Shown here: positions 38,994 to 48,229 of the stretch, piece by piece | Layout of the letters: each line of letters begins with the position of its first letter | How positions within the stretch are numbered: position 1 is the first letter of the stretch | DNA from: Escherichia coli | GTDB lineage: Bacteria; Pseudomonadota; Gammaproteobacteria; Enterobacterales; Enterobacteriaceae | Reading direction: 5' to 3' (one strand) | Length of the DNA: 64,000 nt | NCBI RefSeq assembly: GCF_044647545.1 | Contig: NZ_CP172818.1 | The notes under the pieces: model-generated | Seen by the model: only the letters and a program-made list of their open reading frames with translations | Told to the model about the DNA's origin: nothing | The model's database searches: none | Program-made: the position numbers and the translations under genes

Positions 38994-39447
38994 CTGCTTC
39001 CTCCTGTTTGGTGAGAGATGCCAGATAATCCACCAGTTGCTGCACGCTTTGCGGGTCGTGGCTGTTTAGCTCGAAAATCGGCTCTTCGAAGCCCGTCTCA
39101 AGCAATAACTTTCGCGTTGCGGCGACGTCAGCATCTGGCATGTCCGTTTTACTGATGACGGCGATTTGCCGTTTGCTGACGCCAATATCCAGCAACCCGG
39201 CAGGCAACCGACTTTCCGGGTCATTCGCGCCGTGGACATAGATCAGCATGTCCACATCCTGTAGCGTGGTAATTAAGGCGTGATACCAGCGGGGATGGCT
39301 AAAATATTCACCCGGCGTATCAATATCGCCCTTATCATTAAATTCCACGGCCTGTGTTTTTCTGGCGAGGGTATAATTCCCCTGCAACGCATTAAATAAC
39401 GTTGTTTTTCCTGCCCCGACGGTACCCACAAACGCAATTCGTTTCAT
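38968..39447 (-). CDS. eutP: P-loop NTPase EutP (159 aa)
   Basis: MKRIAFVGTVGAGKTTLFNALQG... (Walker A). Confidence 0.9.
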   Translation of the reverse strand: MKRIAFVGTVGAGKTTLFNALQGNYTLARKTQAVEFNDKGDIDTPGEYFSHPRWYHALITTLQDVDMLIYVHGANDPESRLPAGLLDIGVSKRQIAVISKTDMPDADVAATRKLLLETGFEEPIFELNSHDPQSVQQLVDYLASLTKQEEAGEKTHHSE

Positions 39448-39459
39448 GAATGCCTCGTA

Positions 39460-39795
39460 TTAACTTTTGGTCATTTCACAAAGCGTATAATTTAATAAGC
39501 GTCCTAAACCACTGACGGTTTGTGATAACGCTTCTTCTACTGCGCCCACCGAGCCATAAATCACCAGCGCGCCGCTAAAACGGTCGAGAAAACCGATATG
39601 CACATCGGCGGCTTTCAACGCTAAATCACCGGCGATCATCGCCGTTTCTCCGGGAGTTAGCGTCATAATGCCGATTGCGCCCGCATCCGGAACGCCGATT
39701 TTCTTCGCCAGTTCCTCGCCGGGATGCGCGATGAGATGCGCCAGTGTGACCTGTTTACCGGGCACAAATTCCTGAATGATGCGTTCTTTATCCAT
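39460..39795 (-). CDS. eutS: microcompartment shell protein EutS (111 aa)
   Basis: ORF track 39460..39867; start taken at [32 protein letters not shown]...; ATG at 39793-39795; first gene of the eut operon. Confidence 0.92.
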
Positions 39796-39900
39796 GAGTC
39801 GCCGCCTGTGAAAAACTTTCGTGTATCGTGACAATTTTTCGTCAGAGTAAATAACAAAATTCGGCAAGCGCGTTTAAAAGGTGAGGTAGATCACTAAGAA
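39796..39900 (-). promoter_or_regulatory. presumed eut operon promoter region
   Basis: AT-rich sequence immediately 5' of eutS; assigned by position, no motifs mapped. Confidence 0.3.
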
Positions 39901-40159
39901 TGGAGAGATATTTTATGTTAAGAAAAAAAACATACATTGTATGAATATAAACGGGAACCAATAAGTTTTGTTTATCATATTATATAGACTTCTTTAATTT
40001 TTAATAATTAGCAGAATACATATTTAATTACTGTTGTATTCTAAAAATATTTATCTTCACCCCATTTAAAATAATCTAGGATTTTATTCAGAAAATAAAA
40101 AAGACCCGAAAAAATCCTTCCCCCCCAAAGGCGCTAATTCATCCATATTAACTCAAGAC

Positions 40160-40710
40160 TTCATAGAAAATTTTCTTAACCCCCATATAGAGCCTCTCTA
40201 AGCCTATTATCCTTTTATTATCAAATCTCTAACCCATCTTTACCTATCTGCAAAAACACACACAAACCACTATTTTATTTTTTTTAAAAACGGAAAAAAG
40301 CATAAGGAAACGAAACAAATGAGAAAAATTTCAAAAAAAAAGAAAAATAGAAAAAAAATAATAAAAAAAACGAAAGCGAATACGAAAGGAAGAAAAAAAA
40401 AAACAAAAAATTTCAAATTCCCCAACCCACAGCCACAAAGCAAAACGAACAAACCTGAGGAACTTAAAGAAAAAGAGTATATGAAACTTAAACTAACACC
40501 TAGCTAACTATAGTAACCGAAGAAAGAACACAAAAAAGAAACAAAAATACAAAAAAAAACTAAACAAAAAAAAAAGAAAATCATAAAATTTTTATCTCAA
40601 CATAAAAAAAAAATTGAACAAAAAAAAAATGACCCCAAAAAAAACACCCCAAAAAACAACAAAAGGAACACAACAAAACAAACAAAAAACACCCCAACAC
40701 CACAGGAAGG
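40160..40710. repeat. unclassified adenine-rich low-complexity tract (no coding capacity)
   Basis: By manual count 39-44 A per 60 nt on the + strand across 40321-40680; at least four A10-A11 homopolymer runs (40393-40403, 40566-40575, 40604-40613, 40620-40629); a C7 run at 40120-40126; short degenerate repeats (aaaaaacaccccaa appears twice). Only low-complexity K-rich and F-rich pseudo-ORFs. Confidence 0.7.
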
Positions 40711-40728
40711 GAGAGGAATCAGCTAAAC

Positions 40729-40756
40729 CGCTTACCCTGAATATTCAGGGTAAGCG
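40729..40756 (-). terminator. putative maeB terminator hairpin
   Basis: Perfect 12-bp inverted repeat cgcttaccctga-atat-tcagggtaagcg, 18 nt past the maeB stop; the following U-run on the - strand is short (tttagc). Confidence 0.5.
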
Positions 40757-40773
40757 TGAGAGTTAAAAAAGAA

Positions 40774-43053
40774 TTACAGCGGTTGGGTTTGCGCTTCAAC
40801 CACGGCCAGCGCCACCATGTTGACGATACGACGTACCGATGCGATCGGCGTTAACACGTGAACCGGCTTCGCCACGCCCATCAGCACCGGACCGACAGTC
40901 ACACCTTCCGAGCTGGAAACGCGCAGTAAGTTGTAACTAATGCGGGCAGCTTCCATGTTCGGCATCACCAGAATATTAGCGGAACCTTTCAAAGGGCTGT
41001 CCGGCATACGGTCGTTGCGAATCGCTTCCACCAGCGCTGCATCGCCGTGCATTTCACCATCAATCATCAGTTCTGGCGCACGTTCCCTGACCAGTTCCAG
41101 CGCCTGACGCATTTTGCTCGACGACGGGCAGTCAGAAGAACCAAAGTTGGAGTGCGACAACAGAGCCACACGCGGTTCAATACCAAAACGACGAACAGTT
41201 TCTGCCGCCATCAAGGTGATCTCCGCCAGCTCTTCTGCATCAGGCTCATCATTGACGTAGGTATCGGCAATAAAGGTGTTACCACTCGGCAACAGCAGCG
41301 CGTTCATGGCACCTGCGGTGTGAACGCCATCGCGATAACCAAAGACATTTTTCACCACGCTAAAGTGTTCATGATAATCGCCCACCGTACCGCAAATCAT
41401 TGCATCGGCTTCGCCACGCTGAACCATGATCGCGCCGATCACTGTCGGGTTACTGATCAGCGCACGCTGCGCCTGCTCCTGAGTGACACCGCGACGCTTC
41501 ATGATCTGGAAGTATTCGGTCCAGTACTCTTTAAAGCGCGGATCGGATTCGTTATTGACGATCTCAAAATCAACGCCCGCCTTGATCTGCAAGCCCAGTT
41601 TCTGAATGCGCATTTCGATCACGTTCGGACGACCAATAAGAATCGGTTTCGCCAGTCCCAGCGTTACCAGTTCCTGAGTGGCATGCAGAACGCGCGCCTC
41701 TTCCCCTTCCGGCAGAACGACGCGCTTCGGCGCTTTGCGAGCCTGGGAGAAAATCGGCTTCATAAACAGGTTGGTTTTGTAAACGAACTCTGTCAGCTTG
41801 TCGATGTAGACGTCGAAATCAGCAATCGGACGCGTCGCCACGCCCGACTCCATCGCCGCTTTAGCGACCGCAGGAGCGATCTTAACGATCAAACGCGGAT
41901 CAAACGGTTTTGGAATGATGTATTCCGGGCCGAAACTCAGATCTTGATCGCCATACGCCGAAGCAACGACTTCGCTCTGTTCCGCATGGGCCAGTTCTGC
42001 AATCGCGCGTACTGCCGCCAGTTTCATCTCTTCGTTGATGGCGGTTGCGCCAACGTCCAGCGCGCCACGGAAGATAAACGGGAAGCAAAGGACGTTGTTC
42101 ACCTGGTTCGGGTAGTCGGAACGGCCGGTACAGATGATGGCATCCGGACGCACTTCTTTCGCCAGCGGCGGCAGAATTTCCGGTTCCGGATTCGCCAGCG
42201 CCAGGATCATTGGTGCCCGAGCCATTTTCTTCACCATTTCCTGGGTCAGCACTTTCGGGCCGGAACAGCCGAGGAAAATATCCGCACCTTCAATCACATC
42301 ATCGAGGGTACGTTTGCCGTCATCCACCACCGCATATGCGGCTTTGGTTTCCGCCATATTTGGCTCACGGCCCTGATAGATAACGCCTTTTGAATCACAA
42401 ACCACGATGTTATGTTTTTGCAGCCCCAGCGCCACCAGCAGGTTCATACAGGCAATTGCTGCTGCACCCGCGCCGGAAACCACCATCCGCACGTCGGAGA
42501 TGTTTTTCTCCACCACGCGCAATCCGTTGAGGATGGCGGCAGTGCTGATAATTGCCGTGCCGTGCTGATCGTCGTGGAATACTGGAATATTCATCCGCTC
42601 GCGCAGTTTCTGTTCAATATAGAAACATTCTGGCGCTTTAATGTCTTCGAGGTTGATGCCGCCGAAGGTCGGTTCAAGCGCGGCGACGACTTCAATAAAT
42701 TTGTCCGGGTCGAGTTCATCAACTTCAATGTCAAATACATCAATCCCGGCGAATTTCTTAAACAGAACGCCCTTGCCTTCCATCACCGGTTTGCCTGCCA
42801 GCGCGCCAATGTTGCCTAACCCCAGCACCGCCGTACCGTTAGAGATCACCGCCACCAGGTTACCACGCGCGGTATATTTGTAGGCTTTTAACGGGTCTTT
42901 TTCGATTTCAAGACAAGGTGCGGCAACGCCTGGTGAGTAGGCCAGCGCCAGATCGCGCTGCGTTGCCAGAGGCTTGGTTGGAGAAACCTGGATTTTCCCT
43001 GGAACTGGAAATTCATGGAAATCAAGTGCACTTTGTTTTAACTGGTCATCCAT
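40774..43053 (-). CDS. maeB: NADP-dependent malic enzyme MaeB (759 aa)
   Basis: [50 protein letters not shown]...; malic enzyme domain plus C-terminal PTA-like domain. Confidence 0.97.
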   Translation of the reverse strand: MDDQLKQSALDFHEFPVPGKIQVSPTKPLATQRDLALAYSPGVAAPCLEIEKDPLKAYKYTARGNLVAVISNGTAVLGLGNIGALAGKPVMEGKGVLFKKFAGIDVFDIEVDELDPDKFIEVVAALEPTFGGINLEDIKAPECFYIEQKLRERMNIPVFHDDQHGTAIISTAAILNGLRVVEKNISDVRMVVSGAGAAAIACMNLLVALGLQKHNIVVCDSKGVIYQGREPNMAETKAAYAVVDDGKRTLDDVIEGADIFLGCSGPKVLTQEMVKKMARAPMILALANPEPEILPPLAKEVRPDAIICTGRSDYPNQVNNVLCFPFIFRGALDVGATAINEEMKLAAVRAIAELAHAEQSEVVASAYGDQDLSFGPEYIIPKPFDPRLIVKIAPAVAKAAMESGVATRPIADFDVYIDKLTEFVYKTNLFMKPIFSQARKAPKRVVLPEGEEARVLHATQELVTLGLAKPILIGRPNVIEMRIQKLGLQIKAGVDFEIVNNESDPRFKEYWTEYFQIMKRRGVTQEQAQRALISNPTVIGAIMVQRGEADAMICGTVGDYHEHFSVVKNVFGYRDGVHTAGAMNALLLPSGNTFIADTYVNDEPDAEELAEITLMAAETVRRFGIEPRVALLSHSNFGSSDCPSSSKMRQALELVRERAPELMIDGEMHGDAALVEAIRNDRMPDSPLKGSANILVMPNMEAARISYNLLRVSSSEGVTVGPVLMGVAKPVHVLTPIASVRRIVNMVALAVVEAQTQPL

Positions 43054-43341
43054 TTGGTTGTTCCTTTCACGTAACGTTCACAAATAAAGTGTGTGGGCAA
43101 CAGCCCCTGCCCACAACGTGGCGCACATTATTACCCTGCCGGAGTCTACAGACTTTGAGCAAGTCCAAACTCTCACCATTAATATAATGTTTTGGTAATA
43201 ATCCTATAACACTGATGTTACCTGCTTAATCCAGCAATACCATGCCTGTCTGCTATGCTTTTTTGATGCGTTTAGCGAAATTTCTCAGAAGTGTGAATTA
43301 ACGCACTCATCTAACACTTTACTTTTCAAGGAGTATTTCCT

Positions 43342-44292
43342 ATGAACGAGTTAGACGGCATCAAACAGTTCACCACTGTCGTGGCAGACAGCGGCGATAT
43401 TGAGTCCATTCGCCATTATCATCCCCAGGATGCCACCACCAATCCTTCGCTGTTACTCAAGGCTGCCGGATTATCACAATATGAGCATTTAATAGACGAT
43501 GCTATCGCCTGGGGTAAAAAAAATGGCAAGACCCAGGAACAACAGGTGGTCGCTGCATGTGACAAACTGGCGGTCAATTTCGGTACTGAAATTCTCAAAA
43601 TCGTACCCGGTCGCGTGTCAACAGAAGTTGATGCACGCCTCTCTTTTGATAAAGAAAAGAGTATTGAGAAGGCGCGCCATCTGGTGGACTTGTATCAGCA
43701 ACAAGGCGTTGAGAAATCACGCATTTTGATCAAGCTGGCTTCAACCTGGGAAGGAATTCGCGCGGCAGAAGAGCTGGAAAAAGAAGGTATTAACTGCAAC
43801 CTGACGCTGCTGTTTTCTTTTGCTCAGGCGCGGGCCTGTGCAGAAGCAGGCGTTTTTCTGATTTCGCCGTTTGTCGGGCGTATTTATGACTGGTATCAGG
43901 CGCGTAAGCCGATGGACCCGTATGTGGTGGAAGAAGATCCGGGCGTTAAGTCAGTGCGCAATATCTACGACTACTATAAGCAACACCACTACGAAACCAT
44001 TGTAATGGGCGCGAGCTTCCGTCGCACCGAACAAATCCTCGCCTTAACCGGCTGCGACCGACTGACTATCGCACCGAATTTGCTGAAGGAGCTACAGGAA
44101 AAAGTTTCGCCAGTGGTACGTAAATTAATCCCATCTTCTCAGACGTTCCCACGCCCAGCTCCCATGAGCGAAGCGGAGTTCCGTTGGGAGCACAATCAGG
44201 ATGCGATGGCGGTAGAAAAACTGTCTGAAGGCATTCGTCTATTCGCCGTTGATCAACGCAAACTGGAAGATCTTCTTGCCGCCAAACTATAA
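43342..44292 (+). CDS. talA: transaldolase A (316 aa)
   Basis: [44 protein letters not shown]... Confidence 0.97.
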   Translation: MNELDGIKQFTTVVADSGDIESIRHYHPQDATTNPSLLLKAAGLSQYEHLIDDAIAWGKKNGKTQEQQVVAACDKLAVNFGTEILKIVPGRVSTEVDARLSFDKEKSIEKARHLVDLYQQQGVEKSRILIKLASTWEGIRAAEELEKEGINCNLTLLFSFAQARACAEAGVFLISPFVGRIYDWYQARKPMDPYVVEEDPGVKSVRNIYDYYKQHHYETIVMGASFRRTEQILALTGCDRLTIAPNLLKELQEKVSPVVRKLIPSSQTFPRPAPMSEAEFRWEHNQDAMAVEKLSEGIRLFAVDQRKLEDLLAAKL

Positions 44293-44311
44293 ACCAGCCA
44301 CGGAGTGTTAT

Positions 44312-46315
44312 ATGTCCCGAAAAGACCTTGCCAATGCGATTCGCGCACTCAGTATGGATGCGGTGCAAAAAGCCAATTCTGGTCATCCCGGCGCGCCGAT
44401 GGGCATGGCCGATATTGCCGAAGTGCTGTGGAACGATTTTCTTAAACATAACCCTACCGACCCAACCTGGTATGATCGCGACCGCTTTATTCTTTCCAAC
44501 GGTCACGCGTCGATGCTGCTCTACAGTTTGCTGCATCTGACCGGTTACGACCTGCCGCTGGAAGAACTGAAGAACTTCCGTCAGTTGCATTCGAAAACCC
44601 CAGGCCACCCGGAAATCGGCTATACGCCTGGTGTTGAAACCACCACCGGTCCACTTGGACAAGGTTTGGCGAACGCCGTCGGGCTGGCGATAGCAGAGCG
44701 TACGCTGGCGGCGCAGTTTAACCAGCCAGATCATGAAATTGTCGATCACTTCACCTATGTGTTTATGGGCGACGGCTGCCTGATGGAAGGTATTTCCCAC
44801 GAAGTCTGTTCGCTGGCGGGCACGCTGGGACTGGGCAAGCTGATTGGTTTTTACGATCACAACGGTATTTCCATCGACGGTGAAACCGAAGGCTGGTTTA
44901 CCGACGATACAGCAAAACGTTTTGAAGCCTATCACTGGCATGTGATCCACGAGATCGACGGTCACGATCCGCAGGCGGTGAAGGAAGCGATCCTTGAAGC
45001 GCAAAGCGTGAAAGATAAGCCGTCGCTGATTATCTGCCGTACGGTGATTGGCTTTGGTTCGCCGAATAAAGCAGGTAAGGAAGAGGCGCACGGCGCACCA
45101 CTGGGGGAAGAAGAAGTGGCGCTGGCACGGCAAAAACTGGGCTGGCACCATCCGCCATTTGAGATCCCTAAAGAGATTTATCACGCCTGGGATGCCCGCG
45201 AAAAAGGCGAAAAAGCGCAGCAGAGCTGGAATGAGAAGTTTGCCGCCTATAAAAAGGCTCATCCGCAACTGGCAGAAGAGTTTACCCGTCGGATGAGCGG
45301 TGGTTTACCGAAGGACTGGGAGAAAACGACTCAGAAATATATCAATGAGTTGCAGGCGAATCCGGCGAAAATCGCTACCCGTAAGGCTTCGCAAAATACG
45401 CTTAACGCTTACGGGCCTATGCTACCGGAGCTGCTCGGCGGTTCGGCGGATCTGGCTCCCAGCAACCTGACCATCTGGAAAGGTTCTGTGTCGCTGAAGG
45501 AGGATCCGGCGGGCAACTACATTCACTACGGGGTGCGGGAATTTGGCATGACCGCTATCGCCAACGGCATTGCGCACCACGGCGGCTTTGTGCCGTATAC
45601 CGCGACATTCCTGATGTTTGTTGAATACGCCCGTAACGCCGCGCGGATGGCGGCACTGATGAAAGCGCGGCAGATTATGGTTTATACCCACGACTCAATT
45701 GGCCTGGGCGAAGATGGTCCTACGCACCAGGCTGTTGAGCAACTGGCCAGTCTGCGCTTAACGCCAAATTTCAGCACCTGGCGACCGTGCGATCAGGTGG
45801 AAGCAGCGGTGGGCTGGAAGCTGGCGGTTGAGCGCCACAACGGACCGACGGCACTGATCCTCTCCAGGCAGAATCTGGCCCAGGTGGAACGTACGCCGGA
45901 TCAGGTTAAAGAGATTGCTCGTGGCGGTTATGTACTGAAAGACAGCGGCGGTAAGCCAGATATTATTTTGATTGCCACCGGTTCAGAGATGGAAATCACC
46001 CTGCAAGCGGCAGAGAAATTAGCGGGAGAAGGTCGCAATGTACGCGTAGTTTCCCTGCCCTCGACCGATATTTTCGACGCCCAGGATGAGGAATATCGGG
46101 AGTCGGTGTTGCCTTCTAACGTTGCGGCTCGCGTAGCGGTGGAAGCAGGCATCGCCGATTACTGGTACAAGTATGTTGGTCTGAAAGGGGCAATTGTCGG
46201 GATGACAGGTTATGGGGAATCTGCTCCGGCGGATAAGCTGTTCCCGTTCTTTGGCTTTACCGCCGAGAATATTGTGGCAAAAGCGCATAAGGTGCTGGGA
46301 GTGAAAGGTGCCTGA
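44312..46315 (+). CDS. tktB: transketolase 2 (667 aa)
   Basis: ORF track 44249..46315; start taken at [40 protein letters not shown]...; ATG at 44312-44314. Confidence 0.97.
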   Translation: MSRKDLANAIRALSMDAVQKANSGHPGAPMGMADIAEVLWNDFLKHNPTDPTWYDRDRFILSNGHASMLLYSLLHLTGYDLPLEELKNFRQLHSKTPGHPEIGYTPGVETTTGPLGQGLANAVGLAIAERTLAAQFNQPDHEIVDHFTYVFMGDGCLMEGISHEVCSLAGTLGLGKLIGFYDHNGISIDGETEGWFTDDTAKRFEAYHWHVIHEIDGHDPQAVKEAILEAQSVKDKPSLIICRTVIGFGSPNKAGKEEAHGAPLGEEEVALARQKLGWHHPPFEIPKEIYHAWDAREKGEKAQQSWNEKFAAYKKAHPQLAEEFTRRMSGGLPKDWEKTTQKYINELQANPAKIATRKASQNTLNAYGPMLPELLGGSADLAPSNLTIWKGSVSLKEDPAGNYIHYGVREFGMTAIANGIAHHGGFVPYTATFLMFVEYARNAARMAALMKARQIMVYTHDSIGLGEDGPTHQAVEQLASLRLTPNFSTWRPCDQVEAAVGWKLAVERHNGPTALILSRQNLAQVERTPDQVKEIARGGYVLKDSGGKPDIILIATGSEMEITLQAAEKLAGEGRNVRVVSLPSTDIFDAQDEEYRESVLPSNVAARVAVEAGIADYWYKYVGLKGAIVGMTGYGESAPADKLFPFFGFTAENIVAKAHKVLGVKGA

Positions 46316-46340
46316 TGGTGATCGCCGGATGCTGTATGTT

Positions 46341-46396
46341 CCCCTCACCCTAACCCTCTCCCCAGAGGGGCGAGGGGACGGTCCGTGCGCTTTTTA
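46341..46396. repeat. GC-rich imperfect palindromic intergenic element, possibly also the tktB terminator
   Basis: cccctcaccctaaccctctccccagaggggcgaggggacggtccgtgcgcttttt: nested imperfect inverted repeats followed by T5; resembles a recurring E. coli intergenic motif but was not matched to a named family. Confidence 0.4.
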
Positions 46397-46417
46397 GGGC
46401 CGCATCTGCGATTTTGT

Positions 46418-47461
46418 TTAACGGGTGATCCACAACGTGGGCCAGGCGTCTGGCCCATGCCAGTTATCGCAGGTGGGTTCTGCGGCGTAACGCACCAGGC
46501 GAAAACGCTGACCGTCAAAGCGCCAGCGCGCCTGAATGCCACAATCGCTTAATCCGCGCCCTTTCGCTAAGGTCACCAGTTCACGCGATTTTTCATCGAA
46601 TGTTGCGTTCATCAGTTCCAGTTCATTCGTCTCCTGACCGTTGTTGAACGGCAAACGCAACCGAACCGGGCGCGAGGCTAGCGGCTTTTTACGCGACACA
46701 ATCCATGCCAAATCAATGGTGTTATAGGCCCCTGCCTCACAGCTAATCATCATCAGTGCTTTATCATCGGTCAGCGCAGTGACATTCACCTCACGACGTA
46801 ACGGATCAAGCGAGCAGCGCAGACCATTCATCCGCCAGTTTCCATAATCCAGCAAATCGTTGCGTTCTTCGAGTGAGAGTGGCGTCGGCGTTGGGTTAAC
46901 CACCGCGACCTCTTTCAGCGCAGGCGCAGGCGGTACGCTGAGCGGCGGTTCGTCCCCTTTCTTTATCCACGCGGTTTCACTGCCAACGCGCTTTTGCTGA
47001 GCATCAATAAACAACAACGCCGCTTTTAAGCCATTCAGAGAAATGGTCTGATTGCCATCGCGTAAGGTGATTGCCTTCCCTTCCTGAATCAGCTGCAAAA
47101 ACGCGGTGATGGTTGCCGTATCATCGGTTACTAGTAACCATGGTGAAATTCGCCACTTGTCACCACTTAACGCCAACGGCTCACCATCTAACAGCAGCCG
47201 TGGCGCTATCTCCCCTTCAGACGCATCCGGCGACTTCAACCCGCCGCGCTCAATACGTAAAACGGCATCGGTATGCGCCCCGGCGCTGCGGCTCAGGGTC
47301 ATCACCAGTCCATTATGATCGCCCGTATTGCGCGCTACACAGAAATTTTGGTTATTACAGGTAACCTGCCAGTCGGAAAACGCCCGTTGCGCTGGTGCCG
47401 CCCACACCAAAGACGTCGGCAACAAAGCGAAAAAAAAGAGAAGGAAAATGCGATAGCGCAT
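46418..47461 (-). CDS. ypfG: DUF1176 periplasmic protein YpfG (347 aa)
   Basis: MRYRIFLLFFFALLPTSLVWAAPAQRAFSDWQVTCNNQNFCVARNTG...; signal peptide. Confidence 0.9.
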   Translation of the reverse strand: MRYRIFLLFFFALLPTSLVWAAPAQRAFSDWQVTCNNQNFCVARNTGDHNGLVMTLSRSAGAHTDAVLRIERGGLKSPDASEGEIAPRLLLDGEPLALSGDKWRISPWLLVTDDTATITAFLQLIQEGKAITLRDGNQTISLNGLKAALLFIDAQQKRVGSETAWIKKGDEPPLSVPPAPALKEVAVVNPTPTPLSLEERNDLLDYGNWRMNGLRCSLDPLRREVNVTALTDDKALMMISCEAGAYNTIDLAWIVSRKKPLASRPVRLRLPFNNGQETNELELMNATFDEKSRELVTLAKGRGLSDCGIQARWRFDGQRFRLVRYAAEPTCDNWHGPDAWPTLWITR

Positions 47462-47586
47462 GGACGGTACGACCCCAGAAGTTCAAACAAACAGCACAAG
47501 TCGTATCTTCGTTGCGCAGGTAGCGCGGCTCAATCGGATTTGTCGGATTGAGCCAATAATAAACAACGAAATATTATTGTTATTTT

Positions 47587-48162
47587 TCAGTCCATTAAAT
47601 GTGACGTTTGCAAATAGTTAAGCAATAACACCGTCTTACCGTCACGTATCTCGCCGGTTTTGATCATCTCCAGCGCCTGGCTGAACGGCAGCTCGAGCAC
47701 TTCAATATCTTCATCTTCGACACCACCGCCCGCGTTAGCGCGCTGGCTGTCACTGTATTCGGCGATAAAAAAGTGGATTAGCTCAGTCACACCGCCAGGC
47801 GACATATACAGTTCAAATAATTTGCGCACTTCGCCCACTTCATAGCCCGTCTCTTCAATCGCTTCTTTGCGAATGCACACTTCCGGTTCGTCGTTATCCA
47901 GCAGCCCGGCGCAGGTTTCAATCAGCTGCCCGCTTTCATTGCCATTAACCCAGGTAGCGACACGGAACTGACGAATCAGAACCACGGTCTTTTTCTTCGC
48001 GTTGTACAGGAGGATCGTCGCACCATTACCGCGATCGTAAACTTCACGTTTATGGCGGATAACTTCGCCATCTTTGCGCGTGAGATCGTAAGTAATGTTG
48101 TGCAGGGTGAAATAGTTATCGGAGAGAATTTTGTCTTTAATGAGGGTGATTTGTTGCGTCAT
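47587..48162 (-). CDS. nudK: GDP-mannose pyrophosphatase NudK (191 aa)
   Basis: ORF track 47587..48189; start taken at [27 protein letters not shown]...; Nudix box present ([21 protein letters not shown]). Confidence 0.92.
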   Translation of the reverse strand: MTQQITLIKDKILSDNYFTLHNITYDLTRKDGEVIRHKREVYDRGNGATILLYNAKKKTVVLIRQFRVATWVNGNESGQLIETCAGLLDNDEPEVCIRKEAIEETGYEVGEVRKLFELYMSPGGVTELIHFFIAEYSDSQRANAGGGVEDEDIEVLELPFSQALEMIKTGEIRDGKTVLLLNYLQTSHLMD

Positions 48163-48229
48163 ACCGACTCCACAGCGCGAAATGAACAATTATCTTACGC
48201 TGTGAAGTCGGGTTTGTCTGCGCAGGCTA

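Noticed and set aside
40319-40507. 62-aa lysine-rich ORF (MRKISKKKKNRKKIIKK...) with an SD-like aagga about 10 nt upstream, and the overlapping 60-aa phenylalanine-rich ORF on the - strand (40270-40452)
   Set aside because: Both are direct translations of poly-A/poly-T low-complexity DNA. They have no domain-like sequence, and the A10-A11 runs would cause ribosome slippage. They are treated as compositional artefacts of the anomalous tract, not genes.
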